Assembly: GCA_016184145.1 (NCBI GenBank)
Contig: JACPDF010000022.1
Coordinates: 1,542 to 65,541, forward strand
Length of the DNA stretch: 64,000 bases
From: Candidatus Woesearchaeota archaeon
GTDB taxonomy: Archaea; Nanobdellota; Nanobdellia; Woesearchaeales; GW2011-AR4
Direction of reading: 5' to 3'
The notes below the pieces were generated by a model that searched no databases, was not told the DNA's origin, and saw only the letters and a program-made list of their open reading frames with translations. Both the position numbers and the translations under genes were made by a program. This document shows, piece by piece, positions 48,099 to 58,067 of this stretch; the stretch's first letter is position 1, and every line of letters begins with the position of its first letter.

Positions 48099-48566
48099 TT
48101 GCATATGGATGAGGCAGTTTCTTTCCTGAAAGAATGGTTCATAAGATTTCTTGAGAATAGGGATTTGGTAAGGAAGAATATTGCAAGCATTGATGGCAAA
48201 GAAGGATTTGATTTCGTTGTAAATTATAGGGATAAAGCTGTAAATTTTTTAATCATGCCAATTTTAGAGGGCAATAGCCTAGAAAAAATAAATAATAACG
48301 AAAATTTCGGCATTATCACCCTTAACAATTCCCAGAATATAAGATTCTCATATAACTGCTGGAAAAAAATAGCTGAAATGAGGTTTTTGAGCCTGTATTT
48401 CGTAAATCCATTTTCTAATACAGATAAAGCATGGATACTTTGCCCTTATGCGCATGACAGGATATGCGACAAAAATTCCCTGTGGCTGGGGCTTAAAGCA
48501 ATGGCTGAGATGGTAGAGCCCATTAATTATGAAAAAGTCATGGAAAGGCTCAAACTAGAAAGATAA
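48099..48566 (+). CDS. Hypothetical protein (155 aa)
   Basis: ORF downstream of PCNA. No motif recognised. Confidence 0.4.
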   Translation: MHMDEAVSFLKEWFIRFLENRDLVRKNIASIDGKEGFDFVVNYRDKAVNFLIMPILEGNSLEKINNNENFGIITLNNSQNIRFSYNCWKKIAEMRFLSLYFVNPFSNTDKAWILCPYAHDRICDKNSLWLGLKAMAEMVEPINYEKVMERLKLER

Positions 48567-49143
48567 GCAGCTGGCCTACAAAGCCGCTGACTATTGGTAC
48601 TATTAAGTTATCGTCCAATTCATCTACTAATGTTTCTGTTATTGTTGCCACAAAGGCCATTATAATTGGTATGTATATGTTTATTGTAAAGGCCAAGCTT
48701 ATCAATACTGCCACTATAAGATTTGTTACTAGCTCTGATGCAAAGCCTACAACAGTCTTGTTCTTGAATAATAAGGTGGTGCCGTATTTTTTCCCTGCGA
48801 TTGCCGCAGCAACATCGCCAAAAGTTGTCATTAACAATGCTGCAAGGGCTATGGCAGTGTCAAATACTGCAAACGCTATTATTGTTGAGGAAAAGAAAAA
48901 AATAACGCCGTAAACCCTGTATTGCTCCTTAGGCCTTATGAACTGGTGGAAAAAAGGGAGCTTGAAATTCAATTCTAAGCGGAAATACTCCAATACTAGG
49001 AAGAATATAAGCAGCCCAACAAGGAACAATAAAGCAACCTGCTGCCCTGCCTGATTCTTTATTGCAAAGAAAAGGACAAGTACTATTAAAATAGTTATGT
49101 GGATTATTTTCCTGCCTATCTCATGAAAAAACTGCCAAGGCAT
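48550..49143 (-). CDS. CTP-transferase-family membrane protein (CarS/dolichol kinase-like), second paralog
   Basis: Polytopic protein whose motif TFGDVAAAIAGKKYG resembles the cytidylyltransferase signature. Confidence 0.5.
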   Translation of the reverse strand: MPWQFFHEIGRKIIHITILIVLVLFFAIKNQAGQQVALLFLVGLLIFFLVLEYFRLELNFKLPFFHQFIRPKEQYRVYGVIFFFSSTIIAFAVFDTAIALAALLMTTFGDVAAAIAGKKYGTTLLFKNKTVVGFASELVTNLIVAVLISLAFTINIYIPIIMAFVATITETLVDELDDNLIVPIVSGFVGQLLIFLV

Positions 49144-49241
49144 ATTCAGCTATTGGTAGCGTTTTAGTATATATAACTTTCTTAAATTGCGTCTTTAGCG
49201 AGTAGCGAAAGCTTTTTAAACGCCCGAGAGTTAGTTTTAAT

Positions 49242-49742
49242 ATGAATTCGATAGACAAATTTAAGAACGATAACGGGGGAATCGGCAGGGATAATATCAA
49301 GAAAATTATACCTTATGACGATCCTTTTCTGATGATAGACAGGGTAGTAAGCCTTGATAAAAAAAAGATTATAGCAGAGAAGGATGTAAAGGCTGATGAA
49401 TATTATTTCAGGGGCCATTTTAAAGGCTTTCCTATAATGCCTGGAGCATTGATTGTTGAAGGCCTTGGGCAAGCAGCTACATTGTTAATAAGATATAACA
49501 TACCAAGCCACGAAGAGAAAGATGTTTTGGCATATAAGATAAGAGGCGCAAAGTTTTTCAGGCCGACTTTTCCTGGTCATACATTGAGGTTTGAGGCAAA
49601 ACTTACTTTCAAGCTTAAAATGGCATGGTTTGTAAATGGGATTGTATATAGAAACGAGAAGGTAGTGTCAAAGGTAAAAATGGTTTTAGCTGTTGTTGAT
49701 AAAGATAAGTTTAGGGGAAAGTATAGCGGAAGAACTAAATAG
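49242..49742 (+). CDS. fabZ: 3-hydroxyacyl-thioester dehydratase, FabZ-like hotdog fold
   Basis: PYDDPFLMIDRV...YYFRGHFKGFPIMPGALIVEGLGQAA matches the FabZ signature. Confidence 0.75.
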   Translation: MNSIDKFKNDNGGIGRDNIKKIIPYDDPFLMIDRVVSLDKKKIIAEKDVKADEYYFRGHFKGFPIMPGALIVEGLGQAATLLIRYNIPSHEEKDVLAYKIRGAKFFRPTFPGHTLRFEAKLTFKLKMAWFVNGIVYRNEKVVSKVKMVLAVVDKDKFRGKYSGRTK

Positions 49743-49873
49743 ATAAGATAATTGTTTAGTTCTTCCTGATACACTGGGAAATGCTTTGCATTTCCGGTGT
49801 CCCAAAAATCTACGATTTTTGAGGATAGCAAACACACATCTATCTGGAAAGAAATATTTTGTGGGGGGTAAAA

Positions 49874-50878
49874 ATGCCTGTTTATATTAAAGGAGTCGGA
49901 ATGACGAAATTTGGCGTGCATACGAAAACCAGCCAGGAGCTGTGCTATGAGGCTGCCCTTGAGGCTATTCAAGATGCGGATATCCAGCCAGAAGACATAA
50001 ATGCCATTGTTATTTCCCGAGGGGATTCTGCAGTTGATGGAGAGAGGCAAAGACTGTTTCCTTCCGTAATAAGCAGCATTCTTCAGAAAGAAAACATCCC
50101 AATAATCCAAGTAACGGCTGCCTGCAGCGGCGGAGGGGCTGCATTGTGGGACGCTATCCATTCAGGCTATGATAATGTGCTGATAATTGGAGTAGAAAAA
50201 TTAACTCCCACTCCAACAAAAATAGTGACTGATAATCTGATGATGGCATCTGAAAGAATATACGAGCAGACCGAGGGCCTTAACTTCCCAGCCCAGAACG
50301 CTTTGATTGCCCAGCAATACATGATGAAATACAATGCTACAGAAGACGATCTTGCATTAGTGGCTTTGAAGAACCACGACAATGCTTTTCTAAACCCCAA
50401 GGCAAGGTTTATAGAGATTATCGGATCTTCATTGTATGCTGACAGGCTCCCTGCATTTGAAAGCAGGGATATGACATCATGGGAAGCTACGAAGCTTGCT
50501 GCAGCAGAGGCATATAAACGAGCAGGGATAACGCCAAAGGATGTTAATTTTGCAGAGCTGCATGATGCATTTACATCTGTGGAGCTAATGACATATGAAG
50601 ACCTTGGCTTTGCGGAAAATGGAAAAGGAAAGGTTCTGATAAAAAAGGGGATTACGAAAATTAATGGAGAATTGCCAGTAAATGCATCCGGCGGCTTAAA
50701 GGCGAAAGGGCATCCGGTAAGCGCCACAGGCGTTTCCCAGATTTATGAAATAGTAAGCCAAATGAGAAAACGAGCAGAAAAAAGGCAGCTAAACAATGTA
50801 AAAATCGGCTTGGCGCATAATGTTGGAGGTACCGGCAGCACTGCAACAGTCCACATATTAAAAAACATAGGTGGTTAA
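49874..50878 (+). CDS. Thiolase-family protein (acetyl-CoA acetyltransferase / SCP-x-like), paralog 1
   Basis: VYIKGVGMTKFG...TAACSGGGAALWDA (active-site Cys) ...NASGGLKAKGHPVSATGVSQIYE. A GGGGGT Shine-Dalgarno-like sequence precedes the ATG. Confidence 0.8.
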   Translation: MPVYIKGVGMTKFGVHTKTSQELCYEAALEAIQDADIQPEDINAIVISRGDSAVDGERQRLFPSVISSILQKENIPIIQVTAACSGGGAALWDAIHSGYDNVLIIGVEKLTPTPTKIVTDNLMMASERIYEQTEGLNFPAQNALIAQQYMMKYNATEDDLALVALKNHDNAFLNPKARFIEIIGSSLYADRLPAFESRDMTSWEATKLAAAEAYKRAGITPKDVNFAELHDAFTSVELMTYEDLGFAENGKGKVLIKKGITKINGELPVNASGGLKAKGHPVSATGVSQIYEIVSQMRKRAEKRQLNNVKIGLAHNVGGTGSTATVHILKNIGG

Positions 50879-52346
50879 TGTGATAATCAGATGGGTTTCA
50901 GAAGACGGGAAGAGAAAATGGATTTATCCTGTTGAGAAGGACTTATATTCCAAGGGCAGGATAATAAAACAGGTGAGCACAAAAGCAAAGGTCATTGGTA
51001 TAACCAAGGTCAATATTCCCTCGCCATTGCACCCCATTATCCCTTATTATGTCATGCTGCTGGAAGACAAATACGGAAACAGAATGCCAAAGAAAACAAT
51101 GAGAGAATGTAAGATTGGGGACACTTATGAGGTTAAGGCTGCTACAACTGATAATGCAGTTATAATAACAAAGATAAAATATGATGTAGAGGAATATTTG
51201 AAAGAATCTCTTAAGCTAGTCCACGCTCATGAGCTTGAGGCTGCTGATAAAATTCTCATAAAACCAAGCATAATAGAGGCTGCTTATGCATACCAGGCAG
51301 TCAACACGAATCCTAAAGTTATAGATGGGCTGATAAGTTACCTCAGGGAAAAGGGCATAGAGGATATTGCAGTTGGAGAGCAGGCTATGCTTGGCAATGA
51401 TGTTATTGATGCTGCAAATAAGGCAGGAATTCTTGATGTATGCAAAAAGCACAATGTGCCTTTTATTGATTTAAGCAAAGCAGAATATGCCGAAAAAACA
51501 TCTGACGGATTCAGCTTTAGGATTGCAAAAGATGCTATGGACAGAAAGGTGATAAATGCACCAGTGGTGAAGACAAATTCCCAGATTGGGATTTCAGGAG
51601 CAATGGAGAATATGATAAGGGTTACAGACGAGAGAACCCAGAAAAAGATGTTCGAGGAGGATATAGAAAAGAGCCTGCCAAAGCTTATAAAAGCGCTCCC
51701 GGAATTTTTAACTGTGGGAGATGCTACCATAGGCCTTCATGCTCAAGGCCCTACCTCACTAGGAGAGCCTGCATTCCTGAACATGCTGTTTATCAGCAAG
51801 AATCCTGTTGCTTTGGATTCCGTATTTGCTGAAGCTGGTTTGTTTAAAATGCCCCAATACCTGAAAGAGGCTGCTGCAATAGGTTTAGGAAGCAATAATG
51901 CCAGGGATATAGAGATTGTAGGGGACGAGCTGGAAGCCATAAAGCAGCACCTAAAATACCCGGAAAAAGATGTAACTTCCCACCCCCACATAAAACTCAT
52001 AGACGGAAAGGCTGATCCTTATATCTTTAATTCTGCTTTGAAAATGACTGCTAAGCTTGTAGGCCTGCTGGGCTATGAAATGTGGGTTGCAATAGGACTT
52101 CATTTTTCAGAAGAAGAACTTGCAGGAAAAAATAGGCTGGTGGCGTATGGAAAGGATGCAATCAAGAGGACAAGAGAACTTGGAGCGAAAACAATAGCAG
52201 AGATTCCTGATGATATAGATGATATGGAGAAAATAGTGCTATTAAAGAGTGTTTTGGAAAACAAAGAAAAAAGGAATATCACGGCAGCGGATAAGCTTAA
52301 ATCAAAAATTACTAGTATCGGAGCTAAAATCAAGGGCTCATTTTAA
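50871..52346 (+). CDS. Fusion protein: N-terminal DUF35-like OB-fold (thiolase-associated) and C-terminal DUF362-like domain
   Basis: N-terminus GRIIKQVSTKAKVIGITKVNIPSP...PYYVMLLEDKYGNRM...IGDTYEV matches the DUF35 OB-fold pattern without the Zn ribbon. The C-terminal ~380 aa contain ILIKPSII...NTNPKVIDGL, INAPVVKTNSQIGISGAMENM and DATIGLHAQGP, resembling DUF362 from memory. Confidence 0.5.
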   Translation: MVNVIIRWVSEDGKRKWIYPVEKDLYSKGRIIKQVSTKAKVIGITKVNIPSPLHPIIPYYVMLLEDKYGNRMPKKTMRECKIGDTYEVKAATTDNAVIITKIKYDVEEYLKESLKLVHAHELEAADKILIKPSIIEAAYAYQAVNTNPKVIDGLISYLREKGIEDIAVGEQAMLGNDVIDAANKAGILDVCKKHNVPFIDLSKAEYAEKTSDGFSFRIAKDAMDRKVINAPVVKTNSQIGISGAMENMIRVTDERTQKKMFEEDIEKSLPKLIKALPEFLTVGDATIGLHAQGPTSLGEPAFLNMLFISKNPVALDSVFAEAGLFKMPQYLKEAAAIGLGSNNARDIEIVGDELEAIKQHLKYPEKDVTSHPHIKLIDGKADPYIFNSALKMTAKLVGLLGYEMWVAIGLHFSEEELAGKNRLVAYGKDAIKRTRELGAKTIAEIPDDIDDMEKIVLLKSVLENKEKRNITAADKLKSKITSIGAKIKGSF

Positions 52347-52365
52347 TTACAACAGGTGTTTTATT

Positions 52366-53379
52366 GTGACATACATAAAAGGTATCGGGATGACGAAATT
52401 TGATGTTGACCAGAGAAGCTCTTATGAGAGAGTATACGAATGCGTAAATGATGCCCTTGACAGCGGCAATATCGGAATAGAGAATATAGATGTTATTTTT
52501 GTTTCCAATGCCGAGGCAGAATCAAACGGGGAAAGGCAGAAACACATTGGGCCTATGATGAGCAGCATGTTCCAGAAAAAGATGCCGATAGTCACTGTGC
52601 CTGCAGGCTGTGGCGGAGGAGGCACGGCACTATGGAATGCCATTCATTACCAGAAAAACAATAAGGAAAATAATATCCTGGTTATAGGTTTTGAAAAGCT
52701 AGTTGCAAATTTATCTGAAAGGGCGACAGATGAGATGCTTATGGGTGGTGAAAGGGTATACGAGCAAAATGAAGGCGTAATATTTCCAGCCCAGAATGCA
52801 TTAGTAGCGCAGCAATACATGATGAAATACAATGCTACAGAAGACGATCTTGCATTAGTGGCTTTGAAGAACCACGACAATGCTTTTCTAAACCCCAAGG
52901 CAAGGTTTACAGACATAGAGATAGCAGGCAGCGGATTAAGCACCAGCAATTTAGCAAGTTTTGAAAGAGAAGATATGACTTCCTGGGATTCTACAGTTAC
53001 TGCTGGAAAAATAGCCTATAAGGAAGCTGGCATTAAGCCAAAAGATATTGATATAGCTGAAGTCCATGATGCATTTACTCCTGTTGAGCTGATATCTTAT
53101 GAAGACCTTGGCTTTACAGGAAAAGGAAAAGGCAAGGACCTAATAAGGGAAGGATACACAAATTTATCAGGCAAGCTTCCAGTCAATACTTCTGGCGGCT
53201 TAAAGGCAAAGGGACATCCTATAAGCGCAACAGGCGTTTCCCAGATTTATGAGCTTGTTCTGCAATTGAGAGGTCAGGCAGGGAAAAGGCAGGTTGACAA
53301 TGTAAAAATCTGCTTGGCGCATAATATAGGAGGAGCAGGCAGCACTGCAAGCGTGCATATACTGAAGAAAGTTGTTTAA
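52366..53379 (+). CDS. Thiolase-family protein, paralog 2 (probable GTG start)
   Basis: TYIKGIGMTKFD...VPAGCGGGGTALWNA...NTSGGLKAKGHPISATGVSQIYE. aggtg lies 9 nt upstream of the GTG. Confidence 0.75.
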   Translation: MTYIKGIGMTKFDVDQRSSYERVYECVNDALDSGNIGIENIDVIFVSNAEAESNGERQKHIGPMMSSMFQKKMPIVTVPAGCGGGGTALWNAIHYQKNNKENNILVIGFEKLVANLSERATDEMLMGGERVYEQNEGVIFPAQNALVAQQYMMKYNATEDDLALVALKNHDNAFLNPKARFTDIEIAGSGLSTSNLASFEREDMTSWDSTVTAGKIAYKEAGIKPKDIDIAEVHDAFTPVELISYEDLGFTGKGKGKDLIREGYTNLSGKLPVNTSGGLKAKGHPISATGVSQIYELVLQLRGQAGKRQVDNVKICLAHNIGGAGSTASVHILKKVV

Positions 53380-53393
53380 ATTAGAAATAAAAA

Positions 53394-54806
53394 TCATAAT
53401 CTTGGATTTAAAATATGTATCGCTTTTCCCATTGTCGCTTCTGCAGCTTCCATCAGGCTCTCGCTTAATGTGGGATGTGGATGAATAGTCAATGCTAAAT
53501 CATCCAAAGTCGCTTTCATTTTTATTGCCAACGATGCCTCGCTTATAAGATCTGAAGCGTCTGAACCGATAATTTCCACGCCAATAATTTTATTATTTTT
53601 AGAGTCTGCTATTATTTTTACAAATCCTTCTGTGTCTGATTTTGTCATTGCCCTGCTTGAAACAGAAAAGGGAAATTTTCCCACTTTTACTTTTATGCCA
53701 TTATCTTCTGCATCCTTTTCTGACATCCCTACTGTAGCGATTTCCGGATCAGTAAAGATTACAGAAGGAACAACAGAATCTTCATATTTTTCTTTGTTGT
53801 TGGTTATTATTTCCGCAACAAACTTTCCCTGGTAGGATGCCTTGTGGGCAAGCATTGGGCCAATTGAAACGTCTCCTATTGCATAAATATTCCCATCATC
53901 TGTGATTAAATTTTTGTTTACATTTATGAATCCTTTATTGTCTAACTGCACTTTTGTATTCTCCAGGCCAAGGCCTTTTGTATTTGGGTACCTGCCTATA
54001 GCTACAAGCACTTTATCCGCTTCCAAGGAAATGCTTCCTTTTTCTTTTGAGCTTGCAATTATCTTGGTATTTTCAAATTTTTCAGCCTTTGTATCCAAGC
54101 AAATATTTACGCCCAGCTTTTCCAGCTTTTTATGAATAACCTCAACTATTGCCTTGTCAAATCCCGGAAGCAGCTGACCTGTCATCTCTATTATAGAAAC
54201 ATTGCTGCCAAGCTTTGCATATACTGTTCCCAGTTCTAGCCCGATATAGCCGCCTCCAATTACAACAAGGTTTTGCGGGATTTTGCCCAGGTAAAGAATT
54301 TCTGTTGAGCTTAGAATTTTGCTGCCATCAAACTTTAGATTGGGGATTTCCACTGGCTTTGAGCCAGTTGCTATGATTGCCTTTTCAAAATCAATATAAG
54401 AAATATCATTTCCATTGCTTATTTTTAGTTTGCTGGAGGATTCGAAGGCTGCAATACCTTTCACAACTTCGATATTATTGCCTTTGCATAGGTTTTCTAT
54501 CCCTTTGTTTAGTTTTGCTATTATGCTGTCTTTCCATTCCTGCATCTTTTGGAAGTCCATAGATACATTGTCAGCATTAATCCCCATGTTTGAGGCGTTT
54601 TTTATCCTGCTTAGGAAATCGGAAGCGTAAATCATAGCCTTGCTTGGTATGCAGCCATAATTAAGGCAGATGCCTCCAAGCTTATCGTCTTTCTCCACAA
54701 GAACTGTTTTTTTTCCGAGCTGGGCTGACCTAATAGCAGCAACATAGCCGCCAGGGCCTGCGCCTATTACTACAACATCAGCCTTTGCATTATTATTTTT
54801 TCCCAT
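53394..54806 (-). CDS. lpdA: Dihydrolipoyl dehydrogenase (E3, lipoamide dehydrogenase)
   Basis: FAD site VVVIGAGPGGYVAAIRSAQLG, redox-active disulfide GGICLNYGCIPSK, NAD site VVIGGGYIGLELG, and a C-terminal dimerisation HPHPTLSE motif. Start taken at MGKNNN. Confidence 0.85.
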   Translation of the reverse strand: MGKNNNAKADVVVIGAGPGGYVAAIRSAQLGKKTVLVEKDDKLGGICLNYGCIPSKAMIYASDFLSRIKNASNMGINADNVSMDFQKMQEWKDSIIAKLNKGIENLCKGNNIEVVKGIAAFESSSKLKISNGNDISYIDFEKAIIATGSKPVEIPNLKFDGSKILSSTEILYLGKIPQNLVVIGGGYIGLELGTVYAKLGSNVSIIEMTGQLLPGFDKAIVEVIHKKLEKLGVNICLDTKAEKFENTKIIASSKEKGSISLEADKVLVAIGRYPNTKGLGLENTKVQLDNKGFINVNKNLITDDGNIYAIGDVSIGPMLAHKASYQGKFVAEIITNNKEKYEDSVVPSVIFTDPEIATVGMSEKDAEDNGIKVKVGKFPFSVSSRAMTKSDTEGFVKIIADSKNNKIIGVEIIGSDASDLISEASLAIKMKATLDDLALTIHPHPTLSESLMEAAEATMGKAIHILNPRL

Positions 54807-55000
54807 TTTTGTTAATCTACTTCCACAATATTTAAATCTTCTCCTAGTATTTCGGAGGGTTGCGAAGGTTTGCTGGAGCAAACCTCGAAAATCCTTTTTT
54901 GATTTTCCGTTGCAATCCCTCCACTAGTGTGCGGGTACGCACAAATAGAAAGTTTAAAAAAGCCCTTAATTTTGCTCTTAGAATCGATACAATAAATAAT

Positions 55001-55984
55001 ATGGCCGATATAATGAGTTTACAACAATCAAAATCATGGAAGCCTGACAGGCCTGTTTCAAGGGGGGCTACAGAATTCCACAATGCGGTAATAAATGCTA
55101 CATGGAACCATGAATGCCTTGATTACCTCATATCTTTGGCTGAGCCAAACATCGAGGAAAATGATATTATAGTTGATTTTGGCGCTGGCACAGGCACTTC
55201 TGCAGCCAGAATTCTTGAAAAAATAAAGACCGGAATAAGACTATGGCTTGTTGACAATTCACCGGCGTGGCTGGGCAAAGCCTACGAAATTTTCGGAAAA
55301 ACCCCGAATGTCAGCTTTTTTGTTCTGGAGAAAAAAAATGGGGATGATGCTACCTTGTCTGAGACAGTGGGAAAAGAAACTGTGGATAATGTGCTTTCCG
55401 CCAATACAGTCCATTTGATCCCGGATTTGAAATCTACATTTAAGGGTATTGCCGAGGCATTAAAGCCAAAAGGCATCTTCGTTTTTAACAGCACGAACGT
55501 GACAAGAGAAGGAAGACCTGACGGAGCATTGATGCTGGATTCAACTGTTTACAGGGTGCATGACATTGCCATAGACATAATAAGGAGCGATCCAAGATAC
55601 AAAAAATACAGAAAAGATATTGACAACAAGATAGTCGAAGAAGCCCCGCAAAGGAACTTCATATTTCCGCAGCCTAAGCCGATTAGTGATTATTTGAAAG
55701 CGTTAAAGGATGCTGGTTTTGAGTCAATTAAGACCAATTATAAATGCATCAGGGTCAAGTATAATGAATACATTAAATTCCTAAGGGTCAAGAGGCTGCA
55801 GGCCGGAATGCTGCCGGAAGTTGGCGGAAAGAAACCAAGCCCTGAAGAGGAAAAAGACAGAGACGAGCTGGTAACAATGGCTTCTTTAAAGCTTTTTAAG
55901 GAATTAGAGGAAAATAATCCTCTTGCGGACAGCGAGGCTTGGCAATGCGAATGGGCTTATGTTTCAGCTGTAAAACCAGGTTAA
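55001..55984 (+). CDS. Class I SAM-dependent methyltransferase
   Basis: Motif I IIVDFGAGTGTSA and post-I acidic residue (LVDNS). Start taken at MADIMS (the annotated ORF extends 47 codons upstream). Confidence 0.65.
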   Translation: MADIMSLQQSKSWKPDRPVSRGATEFHNAVINATWNHECLDYLISLAEPNIEENDIIVDFGAGTGTSAARILEKIKTGIRLWLVDNSPAWLGKAYEIFGKTPNVSFFVLEKKNGDDATLSETVGKETVDNVLSANTVHLIPDLKSTFKGIAEALKPKGIFVFNSTNVTREGRPDGALMLDSTVYRVHDIAIDIIRSDPRYKKYRKDIDNKIVEEAPQRNFIFPQPKPISDYLKALKDAGFESIKTNYKCIRVKYNEYIKFLRVKRLQAGMLPEVGGKKPSPEEEKDRDELVTMASLKLFKELEENNPLADSEAWQCEWAYVSAVKPG

Positions 55985-55985
55985 A

Positions 55986-56720
55986 ATGCTAAAAGGAAAA
56001 ACTGCACTTATAACAGGAGCTTCGAGGGGAATTGGAGAATCTATTGCTATTGAGTTTGCCAAAAACCATGCTGATGTCATTATAAACTACTACAGCGACA
56101 AGCATGAAGCGCAGAAAGTTGTTGACAAAGTGAAAAAATATGGCGTTAACTGCGTTGCTGTGCAGGCCGATGTCAGCAAGGTTGATGAAGTAAAGAGGAT
56201 GGCTGATGAAATACAGAAACAATTCAAAAAAGTCGACATTCTTGTCAATAACGCAGGAATTGTAAAGGACAGAACATTGAAGAATATGACCCTGGATGAA
56301 TGGCATACTGTGATAAACACAAACCTCAACGGAGTTTTTTATGTGACTAAATTTATTTTGCCTTTGATACCAGAAGGGGGCAGGATAATAAGCATATCTT
56401 CCATTGTGGGGCAGTATGGAAATTTTGGGCAGAGCAATTACGCAGCTGCAAAAGCCGGAATCATAGGGTTTACAAAGTCACTTTCGAAGGAGCTTGGAAA
56501 GAAAAAGATAACAGTAAATGCAATCGCCCCAGGCTTTGTTAAAACAGCAATAACCAAGGACATACCTTTTTTCAGAAAAAAGCTGATAAACCATATGATA
56601 CCATTGAAAGAAGAGGCTATGCCGGAAGATATAGCTACTGTAGCAGTTTTTTTGGCTTCTGATAAATCAAGATACATAACCGGGGCAGTCATTAATGTTG
56701 ATGGCGGCCTGGCTATCTAA
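55986..56720 (+). CDS. fabG: 3-oxoacyl-[ACP] reductase-type short-chain dehydrogenase (FabG-like SDR)
   Basis: TGASRGIGESIA, NNAG, catalytic S...YAAAK, and PGFVKT. Confidence 0.8.
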   Translation: MLKGKTALITGASRGIGESIAIEFAKNHADVIINYYSDKHEAQKVVDKVKKYGVNCVAVQADVSKVDEVKRMADEIQKQFKKVDILVNNAGIVKDRTLKNMTLDEWHTVINTNLNGVFYVTKFILPLIPEGGRIISISSIVGQYGNFGQSNYAAAKAGIIGFTKSLSKELGKKKITVNAIAPGFVKTAITKDIPFFRKKLINHMIPLKEEAMPEDIATVAVFLASDKSRYITGAVINVDGGLAI

Positions 56721-56836
56721 AAAGTATAGATTTATAAATAAGCCTCTTTTACTAAAGATTAGTTATCTTAAGGTCTTGAGGAGTAATTCTTGGGATTTCT
56801 TAAATAGCTTAAAAATTTGAGAGGTATGAATTAAAT

Positions 56837-57205
56837 ATGGACAGAGATAGGGGATTTAGGCAAAAATTCGCTCCAGTCAAGGTTGGAGACGAGTTAGATG
56901 TAAAGATAGAGGCTGTAGGGGAGAAGGGAGACGGCATAGCAAAGAAAGAAGGCTTTGTTTTGTTTGTGCCTAACACGAAAGAAGGCCAGGAAGTAAGGAT
57001 AAGGGTAACAAGAGTGTTAAGGAATGTAGGGTTTGCAGAGGTGGCTGGAGAGGCAGGAAGCGCGCCAGAGCAATCTGAGGAAGCGGATGCAGAAGAGCAG
57101 CAGGAAGAAGAAACTTCCTATACGCCTGAAGAAAATACAGCAGAACCTGAAAGCCAAGGAGAAGATACAGAGGATTTTGGCGAGGATTTGGAAGAAGACA
57201 AGTAA
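56837..57205 (+). CDS. TRAM domain protein with acidic C-terminal tail
   Basis: VKVGDELDVKIEAVGEKGDGIAKKEGFVLFVPNTKEGQEVRIRVTRV matches the TRAM pattern. Confidence 0.7.
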   Translation: MDRDRGFRQKFAPVKVGDELDVKIEAVGEKGDGIAKKEGFVLFVPNTKEGQEVRIRVTRVLRNVGFAEVAGEAGSAPEQSEEADAEEQQEEETSYTPEENTAEPESQGEDTEDFGEDLEEDK

Positions 57206-57262
57206 TAAGATAATTCTATTATTATTATAATTAATTTTAAATAGTGTTACCTATAAGAGAGA

Positions 57263-57802
57263 TTGATGAGACTTTTCATAGCTTTTGATGTTCCTGATGA
57301 TGTAAAGGAGTACATGGCTCGCATACAGGGCATTATAGGGGACAATCTGGCTGAAATAAGATGGGTAAAGAAAGAGCAAATGCATTTAACATTAAAGTTT
57401 CTTGGGGAAGTGCAGCCAAATGCAGCAGATAAAATAAAGGATGAATTAAGAAAAATAAGATTTGACTCTTTTACTGTTTATTTGAACTCCATAGGGGTTT
57501 TTCCCAATGAAAATTATATAAGGGTTGTATGGGTTGGCTTGGAGCCGGAAGACAAGATTATAGGGCTGCAACGGAGCATTGATGAAAATCTCAAGGAATT
57601 CTTCAAAAAAGAAAAGGATTTCAAAGCCCACATAACATTGGGAAGGGTAAAATATGTTAAGAACAAAGAGCAGTTTTTAAGCAAATTAAAGGGCATAAAA
57701 GTTGAAAAGAAAAATTTTAGAGTAGATAAGTTCAAGCTCATGAAAAGCACCTTGACAATGCAAGGGCCTCTTTATGAAGCGGTTGAGGAATTCGGGCCGT
57801 AG
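57263..57802 (+). CDS. thpR: RNA 2',3'-cyclic phosphodiesterase (2H family, ThpR/LigT)
   Basis: Two HxTx motifs, HLTLKF and HITLGR; about 180 aa. Confidence 0.8.
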   Translation: MMRLFIAFDVPDDVKEYMARIQGIIGDNLAEIRWVKKEQMHLTLKFLGEVQPNAADKIKDELRKIRFDSFTVYLNSIGVFPNENYIRVVWVGLEPEDKIIGLQRSIDENLKEFFKKEKDFKAHITLGRVKYVKNKEQFLSKLKGIKVEKKNFRVDKFKLMKSTLTMQGPLYEAVEEFGP

Positions 57803-58067
57803 AAAGCAGCGGAAAAAACAAGTTTTTCGAGGTTTTGGCCAAAACCAATGGAAACAAAGTTTCCAAGGTTTCGAAAATTAGTGAATTGTGAGCGAGTTCG
57901 GAAAAACGAGCTCACTCGCATCTCACTCGAATTTTCCAAAACCTTTTTAAATCAAGCTTCTTTCTCAAGGACTATTACCAACGTGCGCTGTTTTGGCGCG
58001 CAATGCTGCATGAGGTAATAAAAACTGCAGTTCAGTTTCTGGACTGTTTCAAGTTTAAGGAGGAAAA

